Below are positions 35,919 to 49,504 of a DNA stretch of 64,000 nt, one piece after another. The stretch is from the NCBI GenBank assembly GCA_964188305.1, contig OZ076892.1; one strand, given 5' to 3'. Under the pieces are notes generated by a model. That model had not been told where the DNA came from, did no database searches, and worked only from the letters and a program-made list of their open reading frames with translations. Every line of letters begins with the position of its first letter. The first letter of the stretch is position 1. The position numbers were made by a program, and so were the translations under genes. This DNA is from Podarcis bocagei. Lineage: Eukaryota.

Positions 35919-37104
35919 AACAGTTAATATCTTATGTCCTTTAGAGGAGAAATTGTGAACTGCAGAATTTTAAATGCCCATCATCATCCTTGGCTTCACT
36001 CAATTTTGTTTATAACACTCTTCCATTTTCTTCTAGTTGTTAGGGTGGGGGATGGGGAGGGGCCTCACAAGTGGAGTAGCCCAGGGCCTCTCTTCATCTA
36101 AATCCGGCCCTGCTCTGGACACATCGGATCAGGAAAAGGCTGATTACCAGACCAATATCATTTGGAACAAAACAAGTTGAACTACATTGAATCAGGCACA
36201 AGGGTAACAATACTGTTATGAGGTTGCAGGGGGAATGTCAGCCTGGATAACACCAGTAGTTTCCTCCCAAACCTGTGATCATGCACAGGTGTAGCTAGAA
36301 TCTATAGGAGGAAGTTTCCTGAACCATTCAGACCACTGCTGTGTGGAGCCAGAGGGAGGGGCAGGTCAGCTATAAAACACCTGTTGTCAGTGATGTTAAC
36401 TCTTTATTCAAAGAAACAAAACAAAAAAAAAGTGCAGGCCTATTGATCACTGCAGCTCTTCCTAGTAGATCTTGCTTGCCCCAGTGAGGCAGTTGCAAGG
36501 ACTGAAGGTCCACACCTTCTTAGTGCTCTTTAAGGCTCCTCCCCTGGTTTCTTTATTTACACCTGGAAGCTCACCCCCCCCCCGACCTCTGTTGTTTTTT
36601 TAAAGGACATTTTTCCTGTGCGACATCATGCCCCCATTACCCTGACAACCTCAATTTCACAGACACAGGCATCTTTCTTTGATCGGCCATCAACGCTTTC
36701 GTCGTGCTTAATGACTTCCATCCCAGGCAATACCCTGAAAAACTAGCTTAGCTTGCATTTTTACACTGCTAAGCTGTCTCTCACCCAGGGGAAGACTCCG
36801 AGCATTTAGTAATTTTCAGCATTCAGTAATTTCTAACATTCACTAACTTCTTAGAATTGTGGGTGCTTTTCCATCCCTGAACTCTGGCACCCCAAATCTG
36901 TCACAGTATACATAAATAAAACCATAGCTCCTAAATACAGCATAGTCTCCACTGATATTCATTCCAAAGAAATTGAACCCTGGGTAAATGCTGGAACCCT
37001 GGTAGTATCTTGCTGTTCAGAGATTGGACTGTGTGCAACTAAAAGAATATTGGGTGGTATCCAGCTAACATATTATATTAGTGCAAGGATTTCTGTTTGC
37101 ACAA

Positions 37105-37291
37105 TACTAATACTAATATATAATAATATATAATAATATATAATAATTATTATAACAACAACAACAACAATAATAATAATAATTTATTATTTATACCCCG
37201 CCCATCTGACTGGGTTTCCCCAGCCACTCTGGGTGGCTTCCAACAAAGTATTAAAATACAGTAGTCTGTTAAACATTAAAAGCTTCCCTAA
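37105..37291 (-). mobile_element. L2 3' end with expanded AAT/CAA/AT-rich tail
   Basis: TTTATACCCCGCCCATCTGACTGGGTTTCCCCAGCCACTCTGGGTGGCTTCC is the reverse complement of the 3' end of the L2 at 42594-42980. Confidence 0.85.
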
Positions 37292-38392
37292 TTGCAGAAT
37301 GGGATACCCCCCTCTCCTCCCCCATGCACACCCTTCAAGCTTCCCAAATCTGCTCCAGAGGGTTGGAGGAAGCCATGGAACATATTTAGGGGGCATGCGG
37401 AGCAGGAGGGTTGAAGGTCCCATCATGCAAGCATAAATCTTATCCTTATGGGATGGTGACTTAGTGCTGCTATGAAAAATCAGTAAATTTATAATTTGGG
37501 AGGAGAGCCAAAACACTTCCTTCAACACCAATGAGCAAGATTCTCCCAATTCTCCTTGAATTTTGCTCTGGGCAAATTTCAGTTACAGCTATGATTAATA
37601 AAGCCCCGTTTTCCTCCCTCTGTTTTCATAAATGCATGATGGATGCTGAGTGCTCTCTAAACTACAGCAGGATTCTGTTCAATACAGTGAAGCTGAAACC
37701 TTTTCTAATTCTTCTCCTGACTGGGGAGCAATGCATATTCATGGCAATGAGGGCGAACCATTGATGTTTGTGGCCTTGGAGGGATTTGTTTCGCTCCCGA
37801 GTGCTCCATCCCAAGTGACCATTTCTTTTTGAGACATTAATATGAAGTGGAACATTTTGATCCAATGCAGCTCTTGAACAGAAGCTGCAGCTGCCTACCT
37901 CCAATCTCATGCTGCTCTTTGCTGTGAAATTACAGTAAAAGGACTCTTGCACGATCTCTGGAAGTGGGTCCTTTAGATTCTGAACTGCGGTCTCTACATT
38001 CTTCCGCACACCCCATACCCCCCTTGAGAAACGTGCGTAACTCTAGGTGGGCCCTGTTGCTCTGATTATAACCTTTATTTCTGTGGTGAAACAGGATCCT
38101 AACTCTGCATGTTAGCAGTGCTAACACTACCCCATGATCAAGTATCACATGTTGAAATATAGATATTATAATCACTTGAAGTTTTTGTGCAGCACCTCCA
38201 TCGCTTATGAGTATAACGCAGGAGCTACCCCTGAAGCGATTGGTAAAATCTGAGGTGAGTTAAGAATATTGTATACCTTTCAGGGTATCACCAAATTCTC
38301 AGATAGACTGCTCCTGCGGCATCAGCTCAGAGAGAAAAGAAAACACTGATGCCTGATCAGCAGCAGCTGGCCATGTCAGTGATTTTATTCCA

Positions 38393-38450
38393 TCTCCCTC
38401 TCCCTCTCCCTCTCCCTCTCCCTCTCCCTCTCCCCCCCCCTCTCTCTCTC
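38393..38450. repeat. (CTCTCC)n / poly-pyrimidine microsatellite
   Basis: Direct reading. Confidence 0.9.
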
Positions 38451-38532
38451 TGTGTCTCACATACACATGTATAGAGTGACAATTCCATATCGGAATCTGC
38501 TTTGCTGTGTTGGGAAGCTGACAAAAGAATTA

Positions 38533-38789
38533 CCATATTTTTCGCTCTATAAGACACCCTTTTTCCCTCCTAGAAAGTAAGGGAAAATGTGTGTGCGTCT
38601 TATGGAGCGAATGCAGGCTGCGCAGCTATCGCTGAACCCAGGAGACCAAGCGATCCCTCTTGCTGTTCTGACTTCACTTTGTTGGAGAGGCACAGAGCAG
38701 AGAGGGAGAGAATATTTTTTTCCTTGTTCTCCTCCTCTAAATCTACGTGCGTCTTATGGTCGGGTGCATCTTATAGAGCGAAAATACGG
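38533..38789. mobile_element. Tc1/mariner (Tc2/pogo-like) MITE
   Basis: TIR CCATATTTTTCGCTCTATAAGA / TCTTATAGAGCGAAAATACGG, TA on both flanks, internal GCGTCTTATGG repeats. Confidence 0.9.
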
Positions 38790-38854
38790 TATGCACAAGT
38801 TTTTTCCTCATATCTAGTGGTATAGAACAATCTCTGCTTACCTGAGGCTCTGGA

Positions 38855-39520
38855 GCAGTGCAGTCACAGCTCGGTCCTGGGGTCATTTTCTCTTCCTGCG
38901 TAGCTGTGGGTGGGACACCCAGTTCCTCTCTCCTATAGCCATGCTGGCCTTGGTGTCAAAGACCTGTTTGAATGGACCAATTGGGAAATGTCAGGTGGCG
39001 GAGCTGCAGCAGTATAAATGAAGGTCGCCCAGCCCCAGCCCCTCTTTTGAAGATTGTCATGGGTTTCACCATACATGTCAGTGGTGTCCTGCCCAAAAGC
39101 GAGCAGGCAAGGCAGAGCGAGGACCTTGCTTTGGTATATTTAGTCACTGTATTCAGGGCCAGGGGGGGAATTTTTCCTGCAGATAAATTGACCGGTCTGC
39201 AGGTTTTCACAACTCTGGCAGATGAGGCATTGGGTTGGGTCCTTAGCTGCTCAGGTATCCTGTTAAAGGGGTCCAGGAAGGGGTGCTTCTGTCCGGGAGT
39301 CCATATAGGGACCGATGGGCCAAAACATCCTTACCAATGGTGACCCTAGTCAGGATCAACCCCACCCTATTTACCAACTAGCAGTCTGGCTGCTTGATAC
39401 TGGATACATACCCAATGCCTTGGCCAAAACCTACTTACATCTATAATTAATAAAAGTTGTGGTCTGGGCAGGCAATTCAAGGAGGGGAAGAGCCAAGGGT
39501 TGTAACCAAAGTTGTTTCAA
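38855..39520 (+). mobile_element. Probable solo LTR (Gypsy-like), boundaries uncertain
   Basis: Ordered CCAAT (~38978), TATAAA (~39013), AATAAA (~39449) followed by GTTGTGG; no coding remnant; TSD not found. Confidence 0.4.
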
Positions 39521-40532
39521 CGGAGTGACCCTTTCCCACCTTCTGCTGTGGCCTGACTCTGGTTTCATAGTGTTTAACAGGCCTAACCTCCTGGGAAGTG
39601 TGCCAAGGATTGCAACCTTTGACTGCAATACTAAGCGTGCTCACTTGGGATTCTGTCCCACTGTGTTCAGTGGGATTTATTCAGGAGTAAACATGCATTG
39701 GCCTGCAATGGCTTAAAATTGGAGAGAGAGAAAAGGCATTACGCCCTCTGATGTTATTTAATAACTGACAATGCATTGCGTGAGCTTTGATTATTCACAT
39801 CTTACAGCCTTGTCAAAGCTGCGCCCTGATCAAGTTTCCCAATTGCCCTAGTTACATGACTGGCAACACTGTTAAACACAAGCAGACCTAACAACCATCT
39901 ATTTATAGGCTCAGATGAATGACATGTGTCTTCCTATTAATCAGTCAGTTCTTAGCTTCCCAAATCCCCATCCCTGCTTTGTATGAATAATAATAACAAT
40001 AATAGAAAAAAATGGGCTGAGCTGCTTGCAGGCAGGGGGAGATCTGATTTTCTTGGAATCACAGAAGCTTTTCAATTTACTTTGATGAGAAGATGTACGT
40101 TTTCCATTACAATTTTCAGATCCATTAAGTCTAGCGGCAATGACATGCATGCCAATTTTGCAAGCCTCCTTCTAATTACAAGTCAGGGCCAATTATGTTA
40201 TTTGTGGAGGGGGGGGGTCACACACACACACACGCTCTCTCGTGGGTTTCACTTATCATGGGCTTTGTGCAATGGAAAGCCAGGCTGTTTTGAGGCCTGA
40301 GAGCTGTTTTGACACATTAGGCAGTAGCAAACTTAGGTCTGTCCTACTACATGCCTGGAATGAGTGCAGGAGACTGAAGACATGGTTTGGACTGTGGGCA
40401 GCTATCAGGGGCTCTTCCAGGTAGATCAGATCAAATCCATGAAAGACAAAGCTGGTCAGGACACTGGATAGCTCCCTGCTGGCTGAGTTATGGAAAGTAT
40501 TGTCTCAGCCAAGGTTCAGAGTCGTCTGAAGC

Positions 40533-40665
40533 AGCCTTCGCCAATTTGCTGCCCTCTGGAAGTTTTTGACTGCAACTTTCATCAGCCCCAGCATGGAAAT
40601 GGTGGCTGGGGCTGATGGTGGTTGAAGCCCAGAACATCTGAAGGCCACCAAGTTGGGGAATACTG
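40533..40665. mobile_element. Short palindromic hAT-type MITE
   Basis: CAGCCTTCGCCAA...CATCAGCCCCAGC / GCTGGGGCTGATG...TTGGGGAATACTG hairpin structure. Confidence 0.7.
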
Positions 40666-41832
40666 AACTAAAGGCTGAGGGAGGCTGATGTGACCTGCGT
40701 TTCAGCACCTCTTCTCTGCCATCCTTAAAGGGCCCATAGCTGATGCTCCAGTTCCTGTGTGACTGCAGAGCAGGAAGAAGCTACAGGAGAGATATTCACA
40801 GCATCTGAGAATGGTGGGAGAGCTGTGACCTCAGGCTGGCATGGTGTATAATGGCTTCCCTCCCACCCAAGTGGAATGCCCTAAGGCATTGCTTACCTGG
40901 AAGTGGTAGATTCTTAAGCACTTTCACAGCCACAAAAACCAGCTGTTGGCCTGTGTTTGGCTTGATAAAGATTCACCTCTTTATTGAAATAGGACACCAG
41001 GAATGCACTAAAGCAAAACTCCAGCCATTGTCATCAGGCATGCAGGAGAAACCTAGTATTCACTAAGAATTTTTTAATGGGGCAAAAAATAAAAAAGAGG
41101 AATTGTGCTCTGCTTTTGTTGGACATTAGCTTGGTTGGCTGAGATGTTTTTTTAAAAAAATAAATAAAAATCTGTTGCATTCTAGATGCCACTTGCTGAC
41201 TGTGGCCCGATCTGTATAAATGAGTCATTTTATTCATTAGCTAATTTATTTATATCTGAATCCATCTGTCAGGGAAGAGCAAAATGCAGAAATTTATGGA
41301 GCGTATGAGTGTTTGGATTCTGGCGGCAAAATAGTCATCTGTTTTAGAAATAAGTGATTAACATGTGCTAATTGAAGTCTTTCAGCAAGGTCACCGAGTC
41401 ACTGTGAGACGCTCCTGTCTGCCTGCCAGAACACTGCCTGGCTTAAGAAGTGGCTTCAGGTGGGAACAGTAGATTGGTTATTCCTCAAATACAGTGCTGC
41501 CACAATAATGTGTGTGTGTGTGTGTGTTTAATGGAATTTATGATTACTGCTGCCATTAAGCACAAAGTCATTTCATTTGCAAATTCAAAAGCAGCAACAT
41601 TTTTTCCCCAAGTATTCTTGGGGAATGGTGCTTTCCCTGGTTTCTGATTTATACAGCAGTTGAGGTTTCCTGGACCACAAGTATACTACAATTCAGAATT
41701 ATTGCTACTGAAAAATATCTGAGCAATTTGAATACCTGATCTGGAACAGAGGCCTAAGTGTATACCTAATCCTAGGGACACAATGAAGTACTCTTGGATG
41801 CCATGGCACTGGCAGAGACTCTCCTTCATGTC

Positions 41833-42033
41833 NNNNNNNNNNNNNNNNNNNNNNNNNNNNNNNNNNNNNNNNNNNNNNNNNNNNNNNNNNNNNNNNNNNN
41901 NNNNNNNNNNNNNNNNNNNNNNNNNNNNNNNNNNNNNNNNNNNNNNNNNNNNNNNNNNNNNNNNNNNNNNNNNNNNNNNNNNNNNNNNNNNNNNNNNNNN
42001 NNNNNNNNNNNNNNNNNNNNNNNNNNNNNNNNN
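41833..42033. other. Assembly gap (201 N)
   Basis: Run of N. Confidence 1.
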
Positions 42034-42545
42034 TTTATTTTGCCTTAGTTGGCACTGAACTGATTAGAAAGCAAACCACAGGCCTCTCGTCCTGCAACCC
42101 TGTTCTCTTTGTTTTCCATCAAAGGCCCCATGTGGATGGGGCTGTTGTTTTTCTATTTATTTATTTTTTAATTTAAAAACAAAATGATTTAAAAATAAAA
42201 ATCTAAATTGGTTGTATTTCATTTCGTTTTGCTTCTAACTTTTTATGATTTTATTTCTTGGTTTTACATTCTTATGCTGTCGTAAACCTGCTATGATATA
42301 CTTTTATGGTACAGAGGTATAGAAATATTTTAATAAATAAAATATTAAGCTGGAGCAGATGCCCCTTTGTGGCATTTGAGGGCGGCTGCATTCTTTCCTG
42401 AGCATTGCCAGTTTTCCCTTGCATAAAACAGGTTATCTGATTGCATTTTGTGGGAGCAAAGCTGTGGTTTGGTATTTAGACCCAAGTTCTCTGTTGCCCT
42501 TGGTTTCTTGGGAAGTTATTTCCCTTTTGTGACAAGCAGTTATTT

Positions 42546-42912
42546 TCATAGAATCATAGAATTGTAGAGTTGGCAAGCACCCCAAAGGTCATCTGAAGGA
42601 GCATCTCCACCCCCATCGTTCTGCTGAGATCCAGCGCCGAGGACCTTCTGGCAGTTCACTCATTGTGAGAAGCCAAGTTACAGGGAACCAGGCAGAGGGC
42701 CTTCTCGGTAGTGGCGCCTGCCCTGTGGAACGCCTTCCCACCAGATATCAAAGAGATAAACAACTACCTGACATTCAGAAGACATCTTAAGGCAGCCCTG
42801 TTCAGGGAAGTTTTTAATGTGTGACATCTTAGTGTATTTTTGGTCTTTGTGGAAGCCGCCCAGAGTGGCTGGGGAAACCCAGCCAGATGGACGGAGTACA
42901 AATAAATAATAA

Positions 42913-42982
<70 letters not shown>

Positions 42983-43090
42983 ATCCCTGCCCCCTGCAAT
43001 GCAGGAATTGCAGCTAAAGAATAAAGAGGAATGCAGCACCTTCAAGGTGGATTCTTGAACAGCTCTTACCCTCAAAAAGTTCTTCCCTTC
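42546..43090 (-). mobile_element. CR1 3' terminus split by an L2 insertion
   Basis: TCATAGAATCATAGAATTGTAGAGTTGG...GGTCATCT, resuming at CCCCTGCAATGCAGGAATTGCAGC after 42980. Confidence 0.82.
42594..42980 (+). mobile_element. Young L2 3' fragment with long (ATT)n tail
   Basis: ACCAGGCAGAGGGCCTTCTCGGTAGTGGCGCCTGCCCTGTGGAACGCC (TRQRAFSVVAPALWNA)...GGAAGCCGCCCAGAGTGGCTGGGGAAACCCAGCCAGATGG, then about 20 ATT units. Confidence 0.92.
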
Positions 43091-44269
43091 CTTTACAATA
43101 TAAAAACACAAAAACACATAACATACTAAGAAAAATAATTTTACAACCACACATAGAGTTTAAAAGGCCATAGATTGTTTAATTAGCCAAAGGCTAACCT
43201 CCCCCTTGACACTAAAGTTATACTGTAAGCAGACAATTCAGATCAGCAGTTCCCCAGCACAGCAACACAGAACAGCACTGCTCTGTGTGCAGTGAACTGG
43301 GCGGAAGAGATATCTTCCACTTTACTCTGGTGAAAGGCTCAAAGTGAGAAAAGAGAGAGAAAGCCAGCTGATGTTATTGCTAATAATCTTGTAGATGTCA
43401 TGGAGAAGAAGGACATTGATAAGAGCCTTCAAGCCACTGGAGGAATTCTAGAAATGTTAACACTGGCTGGGAGGGTGGTACCATGCACTGGGCAAAGGTC
43501 AAGTTTGTTTGTAAGCTGGTCTGGTTGGGTTGTGCCCTCCACACCAACAAGTTACACCGGGGACACCCCCAAACCTATGACATATCTGTCCTATACCATA
43601 TTGTATAGAGACACTTGTATAAATGGAGATAAATGCAGATGGTTGAGTCTGCCACCAACTTGCACACCCAAAGAACATATTCCTTCTTGCTCGGATACAT
43701 AATTCAATAGTGTCCTCTCTCTGTGTGTATTTTCCATCCTCTCCAATCTTTTGATGCTCCAAGTCTTGGAAGGCTCAACGAAAATGCAAACTACACATGA
43801 ACCTCCTTCTCCCGGCAGCTATAGGTGTGACGTGACATTCATATCTAAGTACTGCTGTCCCAGAGCTCCCTTGGGTTACATTTCTGAGTCAGTCTGTTTG
43901 CAGTGCCATAATGGAAAGTGAAGTTTTAACTCTGCCTTTGAAATGTCACCCATATTTGTTCTTGCCAAGACACCAGCAGATGTGTTAAAGAGACCGATTT
44001 AGACTGACGGAGCTGCTAATAAATTGGTGTTTGGTGTGTCACTCTGGAAATTGCCACTGTTCACATTCCTAAGAGAAAGTCCCCTTGATGTACCCAGGCA
44101 GGCTAGCCTGAAGAATCCCTTGTTCTCCCTGGGATTTCTTTCCCTTACAACTATACCGATAGAAAGCATGCTTTGAATATTTAGTACTTAAAATATGTTG
44201 CAGGAACCTTGTGTTACGGCCAGCTAAGTCCTACTCAGAATAGACTCATTAAAATTATTGTACCTACAG

Positions 44270-44632
44270 GGGGGTGGCGCTGTGGGTTAAACCACAGAGC
44301 CTAGGACTTGCCGATCAGAAGGTCGGTGGTTCGAATACCCGCAACAGGGTGAGCTCCTGTTGCCCAGTCCCTGCTCCTGCCAACCTAGCAGTTCAAAAGC
44401 ACTTCAAAGTGCAAGTAGATTAATAGGTACCGCTCTGGCAGGAAGGTAAATGGTGTTTCCATATGCTGCTCTGGTTTGCCAGAAGCGGCTTAGTCATGCT
44501 GGCCACATGACCCGGAAGCTGTACGCTGGCTTCCTCGGCCATTAAAGCGAGATGAGCACCACAACCCCAGAGTCAGCCACAACTGGACCTAATGGTCAGG
44601 GGTCCCTTTACCTTTACCTATACCTTTACCTA
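44270..44632 (+). mobile_element. Sauria SINE, short subtype
   Basis: Full body with (ACCTTT/ACCTAT)n tail; exact 9-bp TSD TACCTACAG at 44261-44269 and 44633-44641. Confidence 0.94.
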
Positions 44633-46698
44633 TACCTACAGAGGCATAGCATGGGGGAGCCAGAGAGCATGCCCCCAGGTGCACAATCGGGGAAGCGAAC
44701 AAGGTGCCCCCCCCGAGATCCCTGTCACACCCTGACGAGAATGAAGAGCACCCTTTGTGCCCCACCTGCACCAAGATAGCAAGGGCTTCACGTCCTTCAC
44801 CTGCCTTGCACACAAGCGCCTACCCAGCGGCATTGACGGCAAAGGCTGGCCGAGTGTGCTCTGCTCCCTCCTGGCTCACCTGCTGGGGGTGGGTGGGCAC
44901 TTAGGAATTTACTGGTAGAGACTCCTCAACATACCCAAAGTGCAGAAGGTGAAGGGTGATATGTAAAAGGTCCACCAACAAACATTTATTTCTTGCATAT
45001 ATTTTCACACCTTGTGCTGCGCACCATTGAAGGCAAGAGTTTTCGGTGTCAAATGGCCTCCTAACCGAACGTAATTGCACAAATACTGCATAATTCCTGC
45101 TCCTTCATTGCAATAGGCCTCGCTGTGAAACATCTTGAGCAGTGAGATACAGTCTTTTCCTCATCTTTCTGTGGAATTGTAACTGTGAATATAAGGCTGT
45201 TATTTTCTTTCTCCGTGCATTGACCATGAATATTCATGGCATACCTAAAGATTAGATTTTTCTTAGTATAGAGCCAATGCTGGAGAAAGCTTCACTTTTA
45301 GATGCTTCCAGTGTTCTCCTCATTCAAAATTATCTCCAGATTTCTGAGTACAGTACTGAATTACCTGGACCTGGTGCATTAATTGGAACTCCATATTATG
45401 CTGAGGTTTTTTTTAAGCAGTTGGGAGGGGGGTAGAGAATCTAAATTTTGCACAACATTGCGCATACAAAATTTGTCACAGCTTTCAGTTCCTTCATCTC
45501 ATTTGTGCCTTTTTCTCACCTCTATATTACTGATGCACTCATGAACACTGATAAAACACCCCCAAAAGTAAATGGAGTGATTGTACTTATGGAATTTTCT
45601 AAAAGTCCTGGGACAAAGGAAGGAGAAAAGGGTGGTAACCTTAAGAGAATGGAAAAAATATGGGGCTACATACCTGATGCCAGGACCAGGGAAGATAATA
45701 TAATGGGAATTTCCATGGAATATATTCTAGTCAGGTGAGCATAATATAGAAAGAGACGTTTTAAGTGTCTCTGGTGATTTTTTTATGGGTTTATTATTTC
45801 AGTCGTGATCATCTATGAAGCACAAACTGCAATCTTGAGTGGGGCTAAGGATTTTGGCAGGGGGAAAACCATGAAGCGAGATGCCAATTTGTAACTGGTG
45901 GCTTGAAGAGACGGTTTCTAATATTGCAATTACCAGAAAGAGGAACAAATTACTACTTTCTTCAGAGACTTTCACACATGGAGAGTCAGAGGCCATGAGG
46001 AAAAATAATAATAAGCATCATCATCAGAGCAATATATTTGCAAAGGAGGGGAGGGGATAAATGCATTATTTATGGGAAAATATCTTAGAGTGAAAAATTG
46101 CCAAGAGAAATTGTAGGTGTGTGCAGACTAAAATAGTGGGGCTATATTTTGTTATCTTGACACTTAAACAAAGCTTTTGAATTGGGAGCACTCCAGGTGC
46201 GTTAAGCAAACCTGAATTTAGAAACTAGAGAAGGGTTTTTCTGGAAGAAGATTAGAATTGAGGTATTCAGATATGATCCATCTTGATTACAAAGTATAAA
46301 GGGGTTATATGGCAATGCCTCTGGCAGCAATTGGCTGACCTGCCATTATGTCACAGTGGGTCTCTGGCTCCCATTGGTTGAGCTGCTCTGATCCTAGAGA
46401 AGAGCAGGAAGAGTTAAACAGCTTCAAGAATAGAAGCAACAGAAACCTAGGAAAGGAGGAAGCAGAGATATGCCAGAAAGGCCTATGTAGGAAGGGTAGA
46501 AGAGGGAGAAGAAGGAAGAGAAAATTAGAAAGACAGAAACAGATCTGTGTGAAAACAGACTCTGAAAATTATTCTGAGGTAGTGAAATGTTTGGGGATTT
46601 TGCTTAGGGCAGAAAAGGTGAAATTCTCCACTAGTATTTTCTCCGTTTTTCTGATAAATCTTGGTTCACAATGAAAGAAATTCTATTGTTTGTGCATA

Positions 46699-46929
46699 CA
46701 GTGGTACCTCTGGTTATGTACTTAATTCGTTCTGGAGGTTTGTTCTTAACCTGAAACTGTTCTTAACCTGAAGCACCACTTTAACTAATGGGGCCTCCCG
46801 CTGCTGCCGCACGATTACTGTTCTCATCCTGAAGCAAAGTTCTTAACCCGAGGTGCTATTTCTGGGTTAGCGGAGTCTGTAACCTGAAGCGTATGTAACC
46901 TGAAGTGTATGTAACCCGAGGTACCACTG
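46699..46929. mobile_element. Tc1/mariner (Tigger/pogo-like) MITE, second copy
   Basis: TIR CAGTGGTACCTC...GAGGTACCACTG, TA TSD; closely matches 6116-6341. Confidence 0.93.
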
Positions 46930-47384
46930 TACTGGTGCCTCAATCATAGACTCATAGAAACATAGTATAGTAGAGTTGGAAGGTTCCCCCCCCCCCATCC
47001 TTAGGCTTCTCCTGGGAGGTTTGCTTTTAAACACAAACAACTTTTGGCCTCCTGCCCAGGCTGCTTAACTAAAACAAAACCTCTTCTTAATTACCCCTCC
47101 TGAAATCTCTCCAGTTACAGGTTATATTTCTCTTAAACCTTCCAACTCCTGCCGTCTCTAACTCTTGGTACCACCGGCCTTGCTCAGACACATAGCCTGC
47201 CTTGCAGACACTGTCCGTGCCCACCAGCTGCACTGGGCTCTGATCCAATCTCTTCTCTTATTGCTGGTAACATGCATGGGAAGCATCCTTCTAGGCTAGC
47301 TAGCGCATGACCCCTTCCAGAACACCTATCTCTGCAGCTGCTCTGTCTCCCTGGTAGATTCAGGAGAGATAAAAGGAAGTTAAT

Positions 47385-47560
47385 CTACGGAACTCGTTCC
47401 CACAGGAGAGAGTGATACCCAACATCTGGATGGCTTTAAGAGAGAATTGAACAAATTCATGGCAAAGAGGGCTATTGATAGCTACTAGCCATGGTGGCTA
47501 TGCTCTGCCTGGAGGCAGAAACGCCTTTGAATACCCATTGCAGGCAGAAAATCTCCCTCA
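47385..47560 (+). mobile_element. CR1 3' fragment (older lineage)
   Basis: GGATGGCTTTAAGAGAGAATTGAACAAATTCATGG...GCTACTAGCCATGGTGGCTATGCTCTGCC. Confidence 0.75.
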
Positions 47561-49504
47561 TGTCAGGAGGAGCTCCCATGACATGGCCCATAGACACATG
47601 GAGCCTCTGTTGGCATGCAGAGGGTCGCAAGGCCAGCTGGCTAGCCCCAGCTGGGTCGTCTCCTTCCAGCCGTCCCGCTGCAAAGACCCATCGGCCTCTG
47701 CTCCAACGTAAATCAGTGACGCAGTGACGCAGGCTTCAAAGCCAGGGCACACTATATCAGCCGAGCGAACTGCGCACACAGAATAGGTGTGAGGCTTGTG
47801 GAAGCATACTACAACTACTGATTTATTAATCATAAATCAGGACAAAGAAACATGTTGTCTCTCTCTTTGTCTTCTCAGAGAGACAGAGAAAAGCAAAAGC
47901 TATACACAAATGGAAGTTCCCAGCATACTGTGCTGGAATATAAACAGACATGTGACACATAACAATCCCATGTCTGCTCCTTAAGGTGGAATGGAAATTC
48001 TCAATAGCCTCCACCTTGCTGAAGCTGAGTAGATCTGGGCCTGGATGGATGATGTCAAGGGCAGGTCAGTAATAACTCATGCAGCAGCAGTGAAGTTAAC
48101 TCTCTATTCAAAGAAACAAACAGCTCAGGAGGCCAGGCCTAGTGAGCACAGCAACCTTGCCCAGTGGATCTTGCCCAAACGAGGTAGTTGTGAGAGCTTA
48201 AGTTCTTGCCTTCCCAAAGTAGCCTAAGCTTTTTCCTCCCCTGGGTCCTTCCCAAGCAATCTGAGACTCCATTGACTAGTCTGTCTCTGTTCCACTCTTT
48301 TTTTACAACTCTTCTATTCATGGGAGACCAGGGAGGGGCAGCTGATCACAGCAAGAGGGGGAGACGTCCTGGATACTTCAGCAGCTTGCCTGATCTCTGC
48401 TTCTGCCCCCCCCCCCGCCTCTGCTTCCCGCCTCAGATTCTAGACTGCTCTCTGCCACAGCCTCTTTCTGCTCACTAAGCCCTGTTACCTCTTCAGCTTC
48501 CAACACGTCCTCCTTCTACTGCACTCACCTCACCTCCCACCTCCCCCTCTCCCTCCTGGTAAATTGCAGTGATGCTGGTAATGGGAAGTCAGGAAAGAGC
48601 CACTGTCCCGCTCCCCCAACTGCTACTGTGTAATGAGCCAATGTGGTGCAGTTGTGTATTTGAAGTAAATTTGGAGGTAGGGCAAATGTTCTTCTGGTGA
48701 AACTTCTGAGGAACTGGAGGAAAGCCAATATAACATCCCCTCAAGGACATATATCAAGATTATCACCAGATTTTGTCTTAAACTCAATTCAGATAGGATT
48801 ATATTTCCTGTCAGGGGGAACCTTCTCCTCTAGTGAAAAATCTGTGGAATTTTGAGGGACATCAAGTGTCTCATTCACGCTAGCAGTAATTTTGTCAATC
48901 CTTGGTTTTCAGATGCATGGATATAGTACATGTTGTTGAACTCAAACTGGTGTTTAGACACTTGGAGGTCGGATGGGGAAACTTTCCAGAAGTTATTTGC
49001 TTTAGAATAAAAGAAAGTATTCAGGGTGGAGAAAAGAGCAAGTAGCTTTTTGTGCTTTTCTACACTTTCATTTTGCATCTGAAGAGTGCCTCAATCCTCG
49101 CAGCTGTTACCCAAGACAATGAGGGACATGCGATGCCTTTGAAATTTTCACACAGACAATGGTTCATTACCTAAGAGGAGCTCATTTGCAGACAATGATT
49201 CATTACGTTCTTCCAGTTTGTATCCTTCCTTTATAGGAATAATTTCCTCCTCCTGAAATGTGCAACCTTAAAGTGAGTTGCAAATGAAGATTGGTTCCCG
49301 CACAGCGAAGAGGCAAACACGTCTCTTTATAGCTCCATTACTTACCCATTCGATGATCTTGGGGGAACAGTGATGCATGATTCACGAAGTGGCTTCTCTT
49401 GAAGCCTGAATTATCTGGGTCCCACAATCTTGATGGCATTAATGCCATTAAAGACTGTGGAGTGCAATGCGCTGCATAGGATATTGGGAGGAAAGAGGTC
49501 GTTC

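Noticed and set aside
38193-38254. 62-nt exon candidate ending in GAG|GTGAGT
   Set aside because: Strong donor but short pyrimidine tract and no recognisable peptide; unsupported without RNA data.
42764-43150. 128-aa ORF with poly-Ile
   Set aside because: Translation of the (ATT)n tail of an L2 element.
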